Shown here piece by piece: positions 19,272-29,426 of a stretch of DNA of 64,000 nucleotides. Position 1 is the stretch's first letter. Every line of letters starts with the position of its first letter. Under the pieces are notes generated by a model. The model searched no databases and had not been told where the DNA came from. It was given only the letters and a program-made list of their open reading frames with translations. Location of the stretch: IMG/VR virus record IMGVR_UViG_3300020460_000012. One strand, given 5' to 3'. The DNA comes from a virus. Its lineage: Duplodnaviria > Caudoviricetes. Made by a program: the position numbers and the translations under genes.

Positions 19272-20219
19272 ATGCCAACTAAGGTACTAGCATCACGTTT
19301 TAACACATTAAAAGATAGAATAGAAAATATTCTAGGTCCCGCCGAAGAAACTAATAGGGTAGCGGCAAATAATGGTTATTCGTATGGATACGGACAAGCA
19401 CTAGGACCATTAGTAGACCAATCTAGTAGTAATGATTTAATAGATGCTTTAGCTTACAAGCAATTATATATAAATGTACTAAAAATTAGATTTCATCAGG
19501 TAGGCACATCTGCATTTACAGCTGATCCTTTCGTTGTAGGAGATTTTGCAACAAACGCCGCATCTACAGATAAAATTTTAGAAGCGTATATTCAAGGTAT
19601 TGAAACTCTTGCAACTAATATGGAAAATGATAGACTTACAGTACATCCTTCGCAAGCGTCAATACAATCTATGGGAAGTAGCACTAGTGCAACAAGCTGG
19701 AATGGAACATTGTCACATATTTTCCAAATAACATTTACAGATGCACAAGCAAGAAGACAATTTTTTAATGCAGGCGGTAAAATTAGGTTTTCAACAAGTA
19801 TGAACTATACAGGAAGCCAAGCTAAAAGTCTTGATTGGAAAAATATGCTTGCACAAGTAGGAACAGTAGATTTTGCGTATAGTAGTACTATAAATTCAAC
19901 AGGCGTAGGACAGTCTTACGGAGGCATAGGGCATGATTATATGTTCAGCTACTATCAAACTGCATATTACAATTCAGGAGGAGGAGTATATAATCCGAAT
20001 AGATATACCGTATATGCTATGGAAATGAATGATAGTGTGTTACAATTTAAAGTCGAGTTTTCAGATCCTTCCTATGGAGTACCAGACGAAACTGTTCTTG
20101 GTGCTGTAACTAGTGATATAGAAGCTGTAGTTCCAGATGGTACCGCATCTATTGACGGCACTATGCAAACAACCGTATCTGTACCATCCCCTACATACAC
20201 ACTTGTATCTAACTTATAA
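19272..20219 (+). CDS. Virion structural protein, 315 aa (paralogue of 18279-19220)
   Basis: Contains SWNGTLSHIFQITF...RRQFFNAGGKIRFS...LDW, matching the previous gene. Confidence 0.6.
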   Translation: MPTKVLASRFNTLKDRIENILGPAEETNRVAANNGYSYGYGQALGPLVDQSSSNDLIDALAYKQLYINVLKIRFHQVGTSAFTADPFVVGDFATNAASTDKILEAYIQGIETLATNMENDRLTVHPSQASIQSMGSSTSATSWNGTLSHIFQITFTDAQARRQFFNAGGKIRFSTSMNYTGSQAKSLDWKNMLAQVGTVDFAYSSTINSTGVGQSYGGIGHDYMFSYYQTAYYNSGGGVYNPNRYTVYAMEMNDSVLQFKVEFSDPSYGVPDETVLGAVTSDIEAVVPDGTASIDGTMQTTVSVPSPTYTLVSNL

Positions 20220-20222
20220 TTA

Positions 20223-20251
20223 TTGACATATATTCATAATAATGCTATAAT
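20223..20251 (+). promoter_or_regulatory. Consensus sigma70 promoter
   Basis: TTGACA-17 nt-TATAAT with an extended -10 TG. Heads the 25-gene enzyme run. Confidence 0.85.
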
Positions 20252-20319
20252 ACTGTAGTTCAGTCTTTGTCATTTAGTACCTAAAGATTGAATAAGTACT
20301 ACTATTATAGGAGGTTTCT

Positions 20320-20679
20320 ATGGACGAAAAGTTATCAAAAGCATTAGACTTTTCTAATTATATGGTTACTCTAAATAACCAAAAAAGACTACTTAACGAA
20401 AAATATGCAGAAAATTTATTACATTTTACTAATGGTGGACAATTTACTGTTACTAAAGAACTTATAAATTTTGTAAAACTACTAATTGATAACCATCAAA
20501 ACGACGATGTGGTTCTTACAGACGATAATGATATTCCTCTCATAATCGACGATATTGAAGCTTTTTACCAAGACATAATTAATGTTTATTTTGAAGCGTC
20601 CAACTCTTATCACTCAGAATATATGAAATTAAAAACACAACGTAGTGTGGAGAACCTCGTCGATCATGCAGAAAAGTAG
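20320..20679 (+). CDS. Hypothetical protein, 119 aa
   Basis: Strong AGGAGG RBS. First gene after the sigma70 promoter. No recognisable motif. Confidence 0.8.
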   Translation: MDEKLSKALDFSNYMVTLNNQKRLLNEKYAENLLHFTNGGQFTVTKELINFVKLLIDNHQNDDVVLTDDNDIPLIIDDIEAFYQDIINVYFEASNSYHSEYMKLKTQRSVENLVDHAEK

Positions 20680-21520
20680 AGGGGCATTATTAATTGCTAA
20701 AAATAATACACAAGTTGATTACATAAAGCAAGCAGTTTTTTTAGCAAAACGAATAAAAAAGTTTCTTAATATCGGAACTTCAGTGATAACAGATTCTACA
20801 GAATATTTAGAATCTGCATTTGATAGTTCTATATTTGATAAAGTTATTTCCTTGAATAGTCATTCGGAAAAAAATGAAAGATTATATTTTGATGGAGCTA
20901 TGTATCAAAAACAAGCTACATTTAAAAATAGATCTAGAAGTAAAGCCTTTGATTTATCACCTTATTATGAAACTCTTCTTTTAGATACTGATTATATTAT
21001 TTCTAATAATTTATTAGGATCTTGTTTTAATTCTGATGACGATTTTATGATATATAAAAAATCCTCAGATATTGCACAAGTAAGAAATGAACAAGAATTT
21101 AAATATATAAGCGATACTGGAGTTCCTTTTTATTGGGCTACATGTGTATTTTTTAGAAAAACTAATGTTAATAAAATATACTTTGATCTAGTAAAGCATA
21201 TCGAAGAAGAATGGGATCATTACCGAAGAGCATACCAAATTACCTCTTCTCTGTTTAGAAATGATTTTGCTTTTAGTATTGCAATACATATTATGAATGG
21301 ATTTGCTCAAGGTACTTTCGCAAAAGAATTGCCAGGCAAAATGCTATACACAACAGATAAAGATATACTTTGGAAATTAGACGATGATAAAATGATGTTC
21401 CTTGTTGAAAAGAAAGATTACATGGGAGAATATACAGCTTTAAGCACAAAAGGACAAACTATACATGTTATGAATAAATTTAGTTTAGGTAGAATGATAG
21501 ACGAGGTAGAAAATGTCTAA
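20666..21520 (+). CDS. GT-A fold glycosyltransferase-like protein (GT8-like)
   Basis: ATG at 20666 is preferred over the track's GTG at 20645. DxD motif in TLLLDTDYII. Late FRNDFAFSIA and HVMNK motifs. Paralogue of the next gene. Confidence 0.6.
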   Translation: MQKSRGALLIAKNNTQVDYIKQAVFLAKRIKKFLNIGTSVITDSTEYLESAFDSSIFDKVISLNSHSEKNERLYFDGAMYQKQATFKNRSRSKAFDLSPYYETLLLDTDYIISNNLLGSCFNSDDDFMIYKKSSDIAQVRNEQEFKYISDTGVPFYWATCVFFRKTNVNKIYFDLVKHIEEEWDHYRRAYQITSSLFRNDFAFSIAIHIMNGFAQGTFAKELPGKMLYTTDKDILWKLDDDKMMFLVEKKDYMGEYTALSTKGQTIHVMNKFSLGRMIDEVENV

Positions 21521-22352
21521 AGGTATACTAGTACTTGCACAAAATCTTTCTGAAGTAAATTATGTAAAACAAGCAGAAGTGCTTGCAATGAGTCTTAAAG
21601 TTACTAATCCAGAAACTAAAATTAGTATTGTAACAAACGACAAAGTTGAGTTCAAAAATTTATTTGATAAGATAATAGAAATTCCATGGAATGATGACGC
21701 ACAGTTCAGTGACTGGAAAGTTGAAAATAGATGGAAGCTTTATCATGCTAGTCCTTATGATAAAACTATTGTAATGGATACTGATATGTTAATCTTGCAA
21801 GATATAACAACATGGTGGAAATTTTTAGAAAATTACAAATTGTTTTTTACTAGTAGTGTTCTTACATATAGAGGAGAAATTGCAGATACGCAATACTATC
21901 GAAAAGCATTTATTGCAAATAATCTTCCTAATCTTTTTGCAGGATTTCATTACTTTGAAAAATCAAATATGTCATTAGAATTTTACAAACTTTTAGAATT
22001 GGTCGTACAAAACTGGCAGGCGTTTTACGAAAAGTTTTTAGAAGGAGTCACAAGACCTAAACACGTTAGTATTGATGTGTGTGCTTCTATAGTAGCATTA
22101 ATTTTAGATTGTACAAATGATATTACAAATGCTAAAGCAAGTTTTCCTACATTTACTCATATGAAAAAATATTGTCAAGGATGGGTTGATGGGTCTGATA
22201 ACTGGCAAGATAGAGTCGGCTTTTATATGTCAAGAGATTGTGATATTAAGATTGGAAATTATAACCAAACAGGTATCTTGCATTATACTGAAAATGATTT
22301 TTTAGAAAAATCTCCAGTAATTGAAAGATACAGGAATTATTTAAATGTCTGA
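21513..22352 (+). CDS. GT-A fold glycosyltransferase-like protein (GT8-like), 279 aa
   Basis: KLYHASPYDKTIVMDTDML carries a DxD motif. Late FTHMK and LHY motifs. Confidence 0.6.
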   Translation: MSKGILVLAQNLSEVNYVKQAEVLAMSLKVTNPETKISIVTNDKVEFKNLFDKIIEIPWNDDAQFSDWKVENRWKLYHASPYDKTIVMDTDMLILQDITTWWKFLENYKLFFTSSVLTYRGEIADTQYYRKAFIANNLPNLFAGFHYFEKSNMSLEFYKLLELVVQNWQAFYEKFLEGVTRPKHVSIDVCASIVALILDCTNDITNAKASFPTFTHMKKYCQGWVDGSDNWQDRVGFYMSRDCDIKIGNYNQTGILHYTENDFLEKSPVIERYRNYLNV

Positions 22353-23679
22353 TTTAAGCGAATTATTAAAAGCACTTACTACTAGTGTAGAAACTGATGA
22401 TCTTACGTATGTATACTATTACAGCGATAGCGGAGAAATATTTAAAATATCAGGTGTAATAGATGAGGTTGAAGAAGGGCAAGAAATACTTGAAGTACTT
22501 TACGATATTGCTAGTCCTATTCTAACTGGAGAAAAACGTACAACAGATTTTGTGGTCATTTATGATACTGCGTTAAAGCGTAAAACTTTAAAAGAAAAAA
22601 ACTATCAAGATACGTTTAAAACTGCATCTGCTATGTGCTATCAAATACCTGTTATTGCAAAAAGCCTTGCAGGTCATTTTTCGTTATCTGAAATTTATGA
22701 AGATGTAAAAGTCTACATATGGGTTAAAGAGTTAGCTTATAAAAAAGATGACATAGTTTGGTATAATGATAATGTCTATAAATTACTTGCAGATAACGGA
22801 AAGGATAAAAGATGGAGCAAAAAAAATTCTAAGTTGTTTATTGAAAATGTATTCTTATCTGACATTCCTACGCAAAAGTTTTCAGTGTTAGAATTAAAAT
22901 TTGAACAACAATATAAAGGTATACATGTTGATGTATGGTATGATGATTTAAATCATTTGGCAGGACAGCATGTATGGATAGGAGACTGTGTATATAAAAT
23001 ATTAGAAGACCAGCCCGCACACACAAATTTTGATCCAAAAAATGCAGAAATGCTAGTATCTAATGTAGCACTTAGGAACGACACAAACAAAAATCTTACT
23101 TTTACACAAATTATCGATGATGGAAAATTATATTTAGATTTTAATAAAATTTATAGTGCAAAAATTATAGAATCTCATTATGATAAAAGTGCAGATGATA
23201 TAGTTTATCATACAGATGAACGTCATATAATAGTTTGTAAAAAAGACTTTAAAATTCATATGGATACTTTTGACAAGAAAAAGTTTAATTATTTAAAAAC
23301 TGATTTAACATTACAAGATCAAAATACATTAAAAAACGGAGACAAAGTTTTACTAGGTACAAAATTATATAATGTACAGTTAAATAAAGAATTTGATATT
23401 ATAGTAACTCAACATACTAATGAAAAATTCTGGCAACTGAATATACACCCCTCGACATTAAAATATTTTCAAACAACTAATTATGATCAAGATGACCTTT
23501 TGTACTTTAGTATTACTGCAAAACATGATCCTAATATACTTTATAGGTCATTGAAAATACCATTATCAATGTTAGCTGATAAATTAGTAATTCCGTTTAA
23601 ATATGATGCAGAACATAAAGAAGATCTTAGTATATATACAGCAAAGTATTTTGATAGTTATGGACACGAAATTTTATGA
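22345..23679 (+). CDS. Hypothetical protein with CBM5/12-like repeats, 444 aa
   Basis: Repeats WVKELAYKKDDIVWYNDNVYK and WYDDLNHLAGQHVWIGDCVYK. Confidence 0.55.
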   Translation: MSDLSELLKALTTSVETDDLTYVYYYSDSGEIFKISGVIDEVEEGQEILEVLYDIASPILTGEKRTTDFVVIYDTALKRKTLKEKNYQDTFKTASAMCYQIPVIAKSLAGHFSLSEIYEDVKVYIWVKELAYKKDDIVWYNDNVYKLLADNGKDKRWSKKNSKLFIENVFLSDIPTQKFSVLELKFEQQYKGIHVDVWYDDLNHLAGQHVWIGDCVYKILEDQPAHTNFDPKNAEMLVSNVALRNDTNKNLTFTQIIDDGKLYLDFNKIYSAKIIESHYDKSADDIVYHTDERHIIVCKKDFKIHMDTFDKKKFNYLKTDLTLQDQNTLKNGDKVLLGTKLYNVQLNKEFDIIVTQHTNEKFWQLNIHPSTLKYFQTTNYDQDDLLYFSITAKHDPNILYRSLKIPLSMLADKLVIPFKYDAEHKEDLSIYTAKYFDSYGHEIL

Positions 23680-24599
23680 CCAACAGATTTAAAGTAACAG
23701 ACTATGACATAATTTATTTAAGTTATGACGAACCTAATGCAGAAAAAAACTATGCAGACTTATGCAGTAAAGTTCCGTGGGCAAAACGTATACATGGAGT
23801 TGAAGGTTCTGACGCCGCACACAAAGCTTGTGCTGAAATAAGTGAAACTGATAGATTTATAACCGTAGATGGAGATAACATAATAGATCCTAAATTTATT
23901 CAGCAAGTTATAGATTTTGATGAACATGAAGATCTACAGCATAGTGTTATAAGTTGGGCAGGATATAATGTAGTCAATGGTTTAATGTATGGCAATGGCG
24001 GACTTAAATGTTGGCCAAAGAAATTTGTACTTAATATGCGTACCCATGAAAATGCTGATCCTAATAATGCTCATGCACAAGTTGACTTTTGTTGGGATAT
24101 AAATTATATTCAAATGAATAGTTGTTTTAGTTATGTATATAATAACCATACTGCCCAGCAAGCTTGGAGAGCAGGCTTTCGTGAAGGTGTGAAAATGGCA
24201 TTAGATAGAGGAGTGCGTGTTACGAAAGAGGAGTTTGCAAATTTACACTGGAAGAACTTACATAGGTTGTATATTTGGTTAACAGTTGGCAGCGATGCAA
24301 AAAATGGGCTTTGGGCAATATACGGAGCAAGAGAAGGCCTATACAAAACAATGGCTACAGAATGGGACTACATAAATGTAAGAGATTTTGAATATTTGAA
24401 CAACTATTGGAATGAGCAAGTAAAAATAGAAGAGGAAAATCTTTTAGATGCAGTGAAAAAATTAGGTAGCAAATTATTAAATGAATTAGATGTTCCTATC
24501 CCAGTAGATCCTTTTAGTGAAGAACAAAGCAAATTTTTTAAAACTGTTTATCAAAATCCTGGTAGGATGGCAAATCAATTCATTGATATTGAGAGATAA
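23676..24599 (+). CDS. Glycosyltransferase-like protein (GT-A-like), 307 aa
   Basis: YDIIYLSYDEPNA...TVDGDN with a DxD motif. Clear paralogue of 35637-36317. Confidence 0.55.
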   Translation: MTNRFKVTDYDIIYLSYDEPNAEKNYADLCSKVPWAKRIHGVEGSDAAHKACAEISETDRFITVDGDNIIDPKFIQQVIDFDEHEDLQHSVISWAGYNVVNGLMYGNGGLKCWPKKFVLNMRTHENADPNNAHAQVDFCWDINYIQMNSCFSYVYNNHTAQQAWRAGFREGVKMALDRGVRVTKEEFANLHWKNLHRLYIWLTVGSDAKNGLWAIYGAREGLYKTMATEWDYINVRDFEYLNNYWNEQVKIEEENLLDAVKKLGSKLLNELDVPIPVDPFSEEQSKFFKTVYQNPGRMANQFIDIER

Positions 24600-24601
24600 A
24601 C

Positions 24602-26005
24602 ATGAGTCAAAGCAGTTATAATGCTGGAGCCGAATACGCTAGAGAGAAGCTAAAGCAAATTAGTTGTTCAATGTGTCTTGCAAAATGGACACAAGTAACA
24701 ATGCATTTGCATAATGGGCATACCCATAGCTGTCATCATCCTGCTCCTCATTTTATTCCTTTAGATGAAATAAAACAAAATCCCCATGCATTGCATAATA
24801 CAAAACATAAAATAAAACAACGCCAACTAATGCTTGCAGGAGAACAACCAGAAGAATGCAACTATTGTTGGAATATAGAAAATTTAAATCATGGGCATTT
24901 TAGTGATAGGCATTTTAAAAGTGGAGAAGATTGGAACGAAGGACAACTTGAAAAAATAAAAGCAAACCCTTTAGATGAAAATTTTTTACCAACTTATGTT
25001 GAAGTTAGTTTTAATAATACTTGTAATTTTGCTTGTATGTATTGCAGTCCACAAATATCTAGTAAATGGATGGAGGATATTGAACACGGTGGAGCATATG
25101 ACCTAGGAAATTATCAAGTCCATCATCTTGATTACTTACGCATTAAAAATCAAATACCAATTCCTAACAGAGAAGTTAATCCTTATATTGAAGCATTTTG
25201 GAAAATATGGCCTGAGCTATATACTAATTTAAAAGTTTTTAGAATTACAGGCGGAGAACCGTTGTTAAGTAAACACACATGGAAAGTATTAAAGTATATT
25301 CAAGATAATCCTAATCCAGATTTGATAATAGGAATAAACACAAATTTAGGAGTACAAGATGCTTTTATTGATAGATTAATACCTATAGCAAAAGATCTAA
25401 TTCTTAATAATAAAGTAAAAAACTTTGAATTATATACAAGCGTCGAAAGTACAGGAGTACAAGCAGAATATATTAGAGATGGATTAGATTATAAAAAGTT
25501 TATTAGCAATCTTAATAAAGTAACAAGCGAAATTCCAATGTTAGATTGGAAGTCAAAAACAGTTATTATGGCAACATATAATTTATTAAGTATTCCTAAT
25601 TTTAGAAATTTGCTAGAATGGTTACTTGAATGGCGTACTAAACATGGTTCAGCTACGTGGAAAAAGTTATGGTTAGATATAAGTTATTTAACTTATCCTA
25701 ACTGGCAAACTATTGCATTAGCTGATAATAATATGTTAGCTATAATGGAGTCTGATTTAAAATTTATGCAAGATCATAAAGAACAAGCAATAGGACATCA
25801 CGGATTTCAAGATACCGAAATTTCAAAAATGGCAAGGGCTGTAGACTATGTGACGCAAAATATAAGCAAAGATAAAACAACTGAGATGATGCAGTTTTAT
25901 AATTTTTTTAATGCTTATGATTTGAGAAGAAATAAAAACTTTGTAAAAACTTTTCCAGAATTTGCAAATTTTTATAGTAGGTGCAAAGAGGTAGCAAATG
26001 CATAA
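24602..26005 (+). CDS. Radical SAM enzyme with N-terminal twitch/SPASM-like Cys cluster, 467 aa
   Basis: CNFACMYC (CxxxCxxC) and GGEP. N-terminal CLAKW...SCHH...CNYCW. Confidence 0.85.
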   Translation: MSQSSYNAGAEYAREKLKQISCSMCLAKWTQVTMHLHNGHTHSCHHPAPHFIPLDEIKQNPHALHNTKHKIKQRQLMLAGEQPEECNYCWNIENLNHGHFSDRHFKSGEDWNEGQLEKIKANPLDENFLPTYVEVSFNNTCNFACMYCSPQISSKWMEDIEHGGAYDLGNYQVHHLDYLRIKNQIPIPNREVNPYIEAFWKIWPELYTNLKVFRITGGEPLLSKHTWKVLKYIQDNPNPDLIIGINTNLGVQDAFIDRLIPIAKDLILNNKVKNFELYTSVESTGVQAEYIRDGLDYKKFISNLNKVTSEIPMLDWKSKTVIMATYNLLSIPNFRNLLEWLLEWRTKHGSATWKKLWLDISYLTYPNWQTIALADNNMLAIMESDLKFMQDHKEQAIGHHGFQDTEISKMARAVDYVTQNISKDKTTEMMQFYNFFNAYDLRRNKNFVKTFPEFANFYSRCKEVANA

Positions 26006-27260
26006 AGTTCCAATATGGCATAGGACAGATTTAAACGACTATCCAGAAACTCCCGATGGTCAAAAGTTATACAAGTATCATTGTGGTATTAATTTAGATT
26101 ATTTGAATAATACTTACAATGCTCATGGTGATCCTGGTATTAACATAGGAGTAGCAGGTATACATAAAACAAGGGTATACGAAGATATTGATTCAAATTA
26201 CAAAGGAAAATATTACTATCCTTTTATATTGATGCAACCTATAGAAGGAGTACATTATGGTTCTGTGCCAGATAAACCTATTATAGATATTGAACCAGAA
26301 CATATATTAAATATAAAAACAGGTAGATGTAAAATTTTAATTGTGAATACCATGGAAGGTTGGGATCATAATTCGTTCTTTAAAATTTTAATTGATGCTA
26401 TCAAGAGTAAATATTTCCTAAAATATAATGATTTTGTAATACTGTCGGGCAATATGGAAGAAACCCAATATGGTACGCCTACTGTGTATCATAATTGGTG
26501 GGAACAGCATCTACGAGAGCACGATTTGGGAGAACTATTAGAACAAGGTGTCCTAAGCATGAATAATTGGGAAAGGCCACACAAGTTTATTTGTTTGAAT
26601 AGAAGACCTCACGCCCATAGAATAGCAATTACAACACTATTACATAATTATAAACACAAAGGTATACTTACACTTGCTAAAAAAGTTGACAACCATACAG
26701 AAGTTTTTGATAAAAATCTTAAACTTATGAATGAATACTATCCTGGATTAACAGCAAAGCCTAAAGCTATGAATCGTCTTCTTAAAGATTTACCTTTGGA
26801 ATATAATGACGGAGTAGACCCAAATACAGAAAATCCAGTACATGATGATGCCCCTGATAAATTTTATATGAGTTATCTACATGTCGTTACGGAAACATTT
26901 GGGAGAGGATCACAAACTTTTTTTAGTGAAAAAGTTTTCAAACCAATTATATACTTCCAGCCTTTTGTATTAGTGGGTGCATATAATGATTTGCATAGGT
27001 TAAAAAGTTTAGGTTATAAAACTTTTAATGGTATAATAGACGAAAGTTATGATGATATTAAGGATGACGAGAAAAGATTAATAGTGTTATCGAAAGAAAT
27101 AGGTAGAATTGTTTCTATGTCAAATGATGAAATTAATAATTTTTATCAAAGTTGCTACGACATCATGATGCACAATTTTTTCCATTGGATATATAGGCAA
27201 CAAACAATACATATTGATTTAAAAAATAATTTGTTAAGGAAGTTAAATGGATACGCCTAG
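25998..27260 (+). CDS. Putative GT-B glycosyltransferase (GT10-like C-terminal motif), 420 aa
   Basis: FICLNRRP...HR and VVTET...FFSEKVFKPI...PFVLVG...DESYD. Paralogue of 29404 and 32010. Confidence 0.55.
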   Translation: MHKVPIWHRTDLNDYPETPDGQKLYKYHCGINLDYLNNTYNAHGDPGINIGVAGIHKTRVYEDIDSNYKGKYYYPFILMQPIEGVHYGSVPDKPIIDIEPEHILNIKTGRCKILIVNTMEGWDHNSFFKILIDAIKSKYFLKYNDFVILSGNMEETQYGTPTVYHNWWEQHLREHDLGELLEQGVLSMNNWERPHKFICLNRRPHAHRIAITTLLHNYKHKGILTLAKKVDNHTEVFDKNLKLMNEYYPGLTAKPKAMNRLLKDLPLEYNDGVDPNTENPVHDDAPDKFYMSYLHVVTETFGRGSQTFFSEKVFKPIIYFQPFVLVGAYNDLHRLKSLGYKTFNGIIDESYDDIKDDEKRLIVLSKEIGRIVSMSNDEINNFYQSCYDIMMHNFFHWIYRQQTIHIDLKNNLLRKLNGYA

Positions 27261-27975
27261 TTTATTTGCATTTGGTTGTAGTTATACATACGGACATGGT
27301 TTAGAAGACTGCTTCGAACTTTATCCCAATGGTAACAATGGTCCAGGAAAACTTCCTACAAGATTGGGTTACACAAATATAATTGCAAAGAAAATTGGTA
27401 GGAGGGTGATTAACTGTGCATCTCCTGGCTCAAGTAATAAATTAATTATGCATACTATAAACATGATAAAACAAGAAGAATATTATACGGTTCATCAAGG
27501 AAAAAAACTTAAAAAATTACAAACTTATTGGAGAGAAAAAATTCCTGCTATGAATCCTGATACAGATGCTGTAATAATTCAATGGAGTTACATAGACCGA
27601 CACTGTGTTTTAGATCAATATGCAGACGTGCAATTAGATAAAGTAGAAAATTTAGGACCGTGGGTAAAAAAAGGTAGATCTCCAAAATATTATAAATTTG
27701 TTTGGTCTACTTACGATGATCAAATTAGTGTATATCATTATATAAATTATGCTGATCTTACACTAAAAAACATGGGCTTTAAAAAAGTTTTACATTTGCC
27801 TCCGCCGTTGTTAAGTTTGCATAGAAGCAAATTAGAAAAGGGTTTGGTTATGGCAGATACAGATATTACACGACACTCATGTGATAAGGCTTTAGATGGC
27901 GGCCATCCAGGTCCTCTATCACAACAAGCGTATGCTGAACATTTGTTAGAGGATTATGCTGAATATTTAAAATGA
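27247..27975 (+). CDS. SGNH/GDSL hydrolase-like protein, 242 aa
   Basis: N-terminal FAFGCSYTYG block, PGSSN, and C-terminal DGGHP (DxxH). Confidence 0.6.
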   Translation: MDTPSLFAFGCSYTYGHGLEDCFELYPNGNNGPGKLPTRLGYTNIIAKKIGRRVINCASPGSSNKLIMHTINMIKQEEYYTVHQGKKLKKLQTYWREKIPAMNPDTDAVIIQWSYIDRHCVLDQYADVQLDKVENLGPWVKKGRSPKYYKFVWSTYDDQISVYHYINYADLTLKNMGFKKVLHLPPPLLSLHRSKLEKGLVMADTDITRHSCDKALDGGHPGPLSQQAYAEHLLEDYAEYLK

Positions 27976-29426
27976 AAAAGATAACTGAAATAGATCCGCA
28001 AACTGCCGCACAGCAAGTATTGCCCATGTTGGATGAAATATCTCCTAGCATGTGCATGGCTAAATGGTTGTGGTCAAGTATCCATTTGACTAATGGTCTT
28101 ACTAATAGTTGTTTTTTACCTCCGCTACACAAAATTGATCCAAAAGCAGTAGAAAATAATCCAAGAGCTTTACACAATACACCAGAGAAAAAAGCACAAC
28201 GTAAAATGATGCTCAAAGGAGAACAACCAGAAGGATGTAATAGTTGTTGGAAAGTAGAAGCTCAAGGTAAACAACTTAGTGATCGTGCTTATCGCAGTTC
28301 AGAGCCCTGGGCACAACAAGGATGGGAAGAAGTTATTGCTACTGGTTCCGAAGGGGACATTGATCCAACATATTTAGAAGTAAATTTTAATCATGCTTGC
28401 AATCTTGCATGTAGTTACTGTAGTCCTCATTTGAGTAGTAAGTGGGCAGAAGATATTGAGCAAAATGGTCCATATCCTACTAAAGTTCCACACAATAGTA
28501 TTGAATATTTTAAGAGCATAGGACATTATCCTATTCCAAACAGAGAACACAATCCTTATGTGGAAGCTTTTTGGAAATGGTGGCCTGAGTTATATCCTAA
28601 ATTAAAACATTTTAGGATGACCGGAGGTGAGCCTTTAATGGATAAAAATACATTTCGTGTATTAGATTATGTCTTAGATCATCCACGAGATGATCTTAAT
28701 ATTAGCATCACCTCAAATGCAAGTGTTCCAAAAAAAAATTGGGATAGGTTTGTAGATACAGTAAGTTTCATAGATGAATATAAAAAATTAGAAAGCTTTA
28801 GGCTGTATGTAAGTGTAGACGGATGGGGAGAACAAGCCGAATATATGCGTGACGGTTTAGATTTTGAGCTTCTATGGAATAATGTAAACAATTATTTAAC
28901 TAGAACCAAAGACGGCCTAGTAACTTTTATTGTTACATTAAATATGTTGAGTATGCCAAGTGTTAAAAAACTAATGCAAGGTATTCTTGAATTACAACGT
29001 ATACATAATGTAAAAAAAACAAGGCGTGATGATAATGGAAAGTTGACATACTATGGCAACCATAGAGTATTTGTGGACACACCAGCTTTACATTATCCTG
29101 CTTGGCAAAGTTTAAAAGTATTGCCAGAGGAATTTTGGCATTACGGGGATGAGTGTTTAGAATTTATGAAAGCTAATACTGATAAACAACGTGAAAGTCG
29201 CTGGGTTGGATTCAAACCACATCAAATTAAGCGTTTTGAAAGAAGTTTAGATTTTATGAAGCAAGGATTTCCTACAGAACAAGACAAAATAAATGCACAG
29301 GAGAATTTTGTTAGATTTTTTGAAGAATACGATAAAAGAAGAAATTTAAATTTTCATAAAACATTTGTTGAATTTAGTCCTTATGTAAAAAGATGGAAGA
29401 AAAATGCGATACTCACATCATCATAA
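27972..29426 (+). CDS. Radical SAM enzyme with N-terminal twitch/SPASM-like cluster, 484 aa
   Basis: CNLACSYC and GGEP. N-terminal CMAKW...SC...CNSCW. Close paralogue of 24602. Confidence 0.85.
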   Translation: MKKITEIDPQTAAQQVLPMLDEISPSMCMAKWLWSSIHLTNGLTNSCFLPPLHKIDPKAVENNPRALHNTPEKKAQRKMMLKGEQPEGCNSCWKVEAQGKQLSDRAYRSSEPWAQQGWEEVIATGSEGDIDPTYLEVNFNHACNLACSYCSPHLSSKWAEDIEQNGPYPTKVPHNSIEYFKSIGHYPIPNREHNPYVEAFWKWWPELYPKLKHFRMTGGEPLMDKNTFRVLDYVLDHPRDDLNISITSNASVPKKNWDRFVDTVSFIDEYKKLESFRLYVSVDGWGEQAEYMRDGLDFELLWNNVNNYLTRTKDGLVTFIVTLNMLSMPSVKKLMQGILELQRIHNVKKTRRDDNGKLTYYGNHRVFVDTPALHYPAWQSLKVLPEEFWHYGDECLEFMKANTDKQRESRWVGFKPHQIKRFERSLDFMKQGFPTEQDKINAQENFVRFFEEYDKRRNLNFHKTFVEFSPYVKRWKKNAILTSS

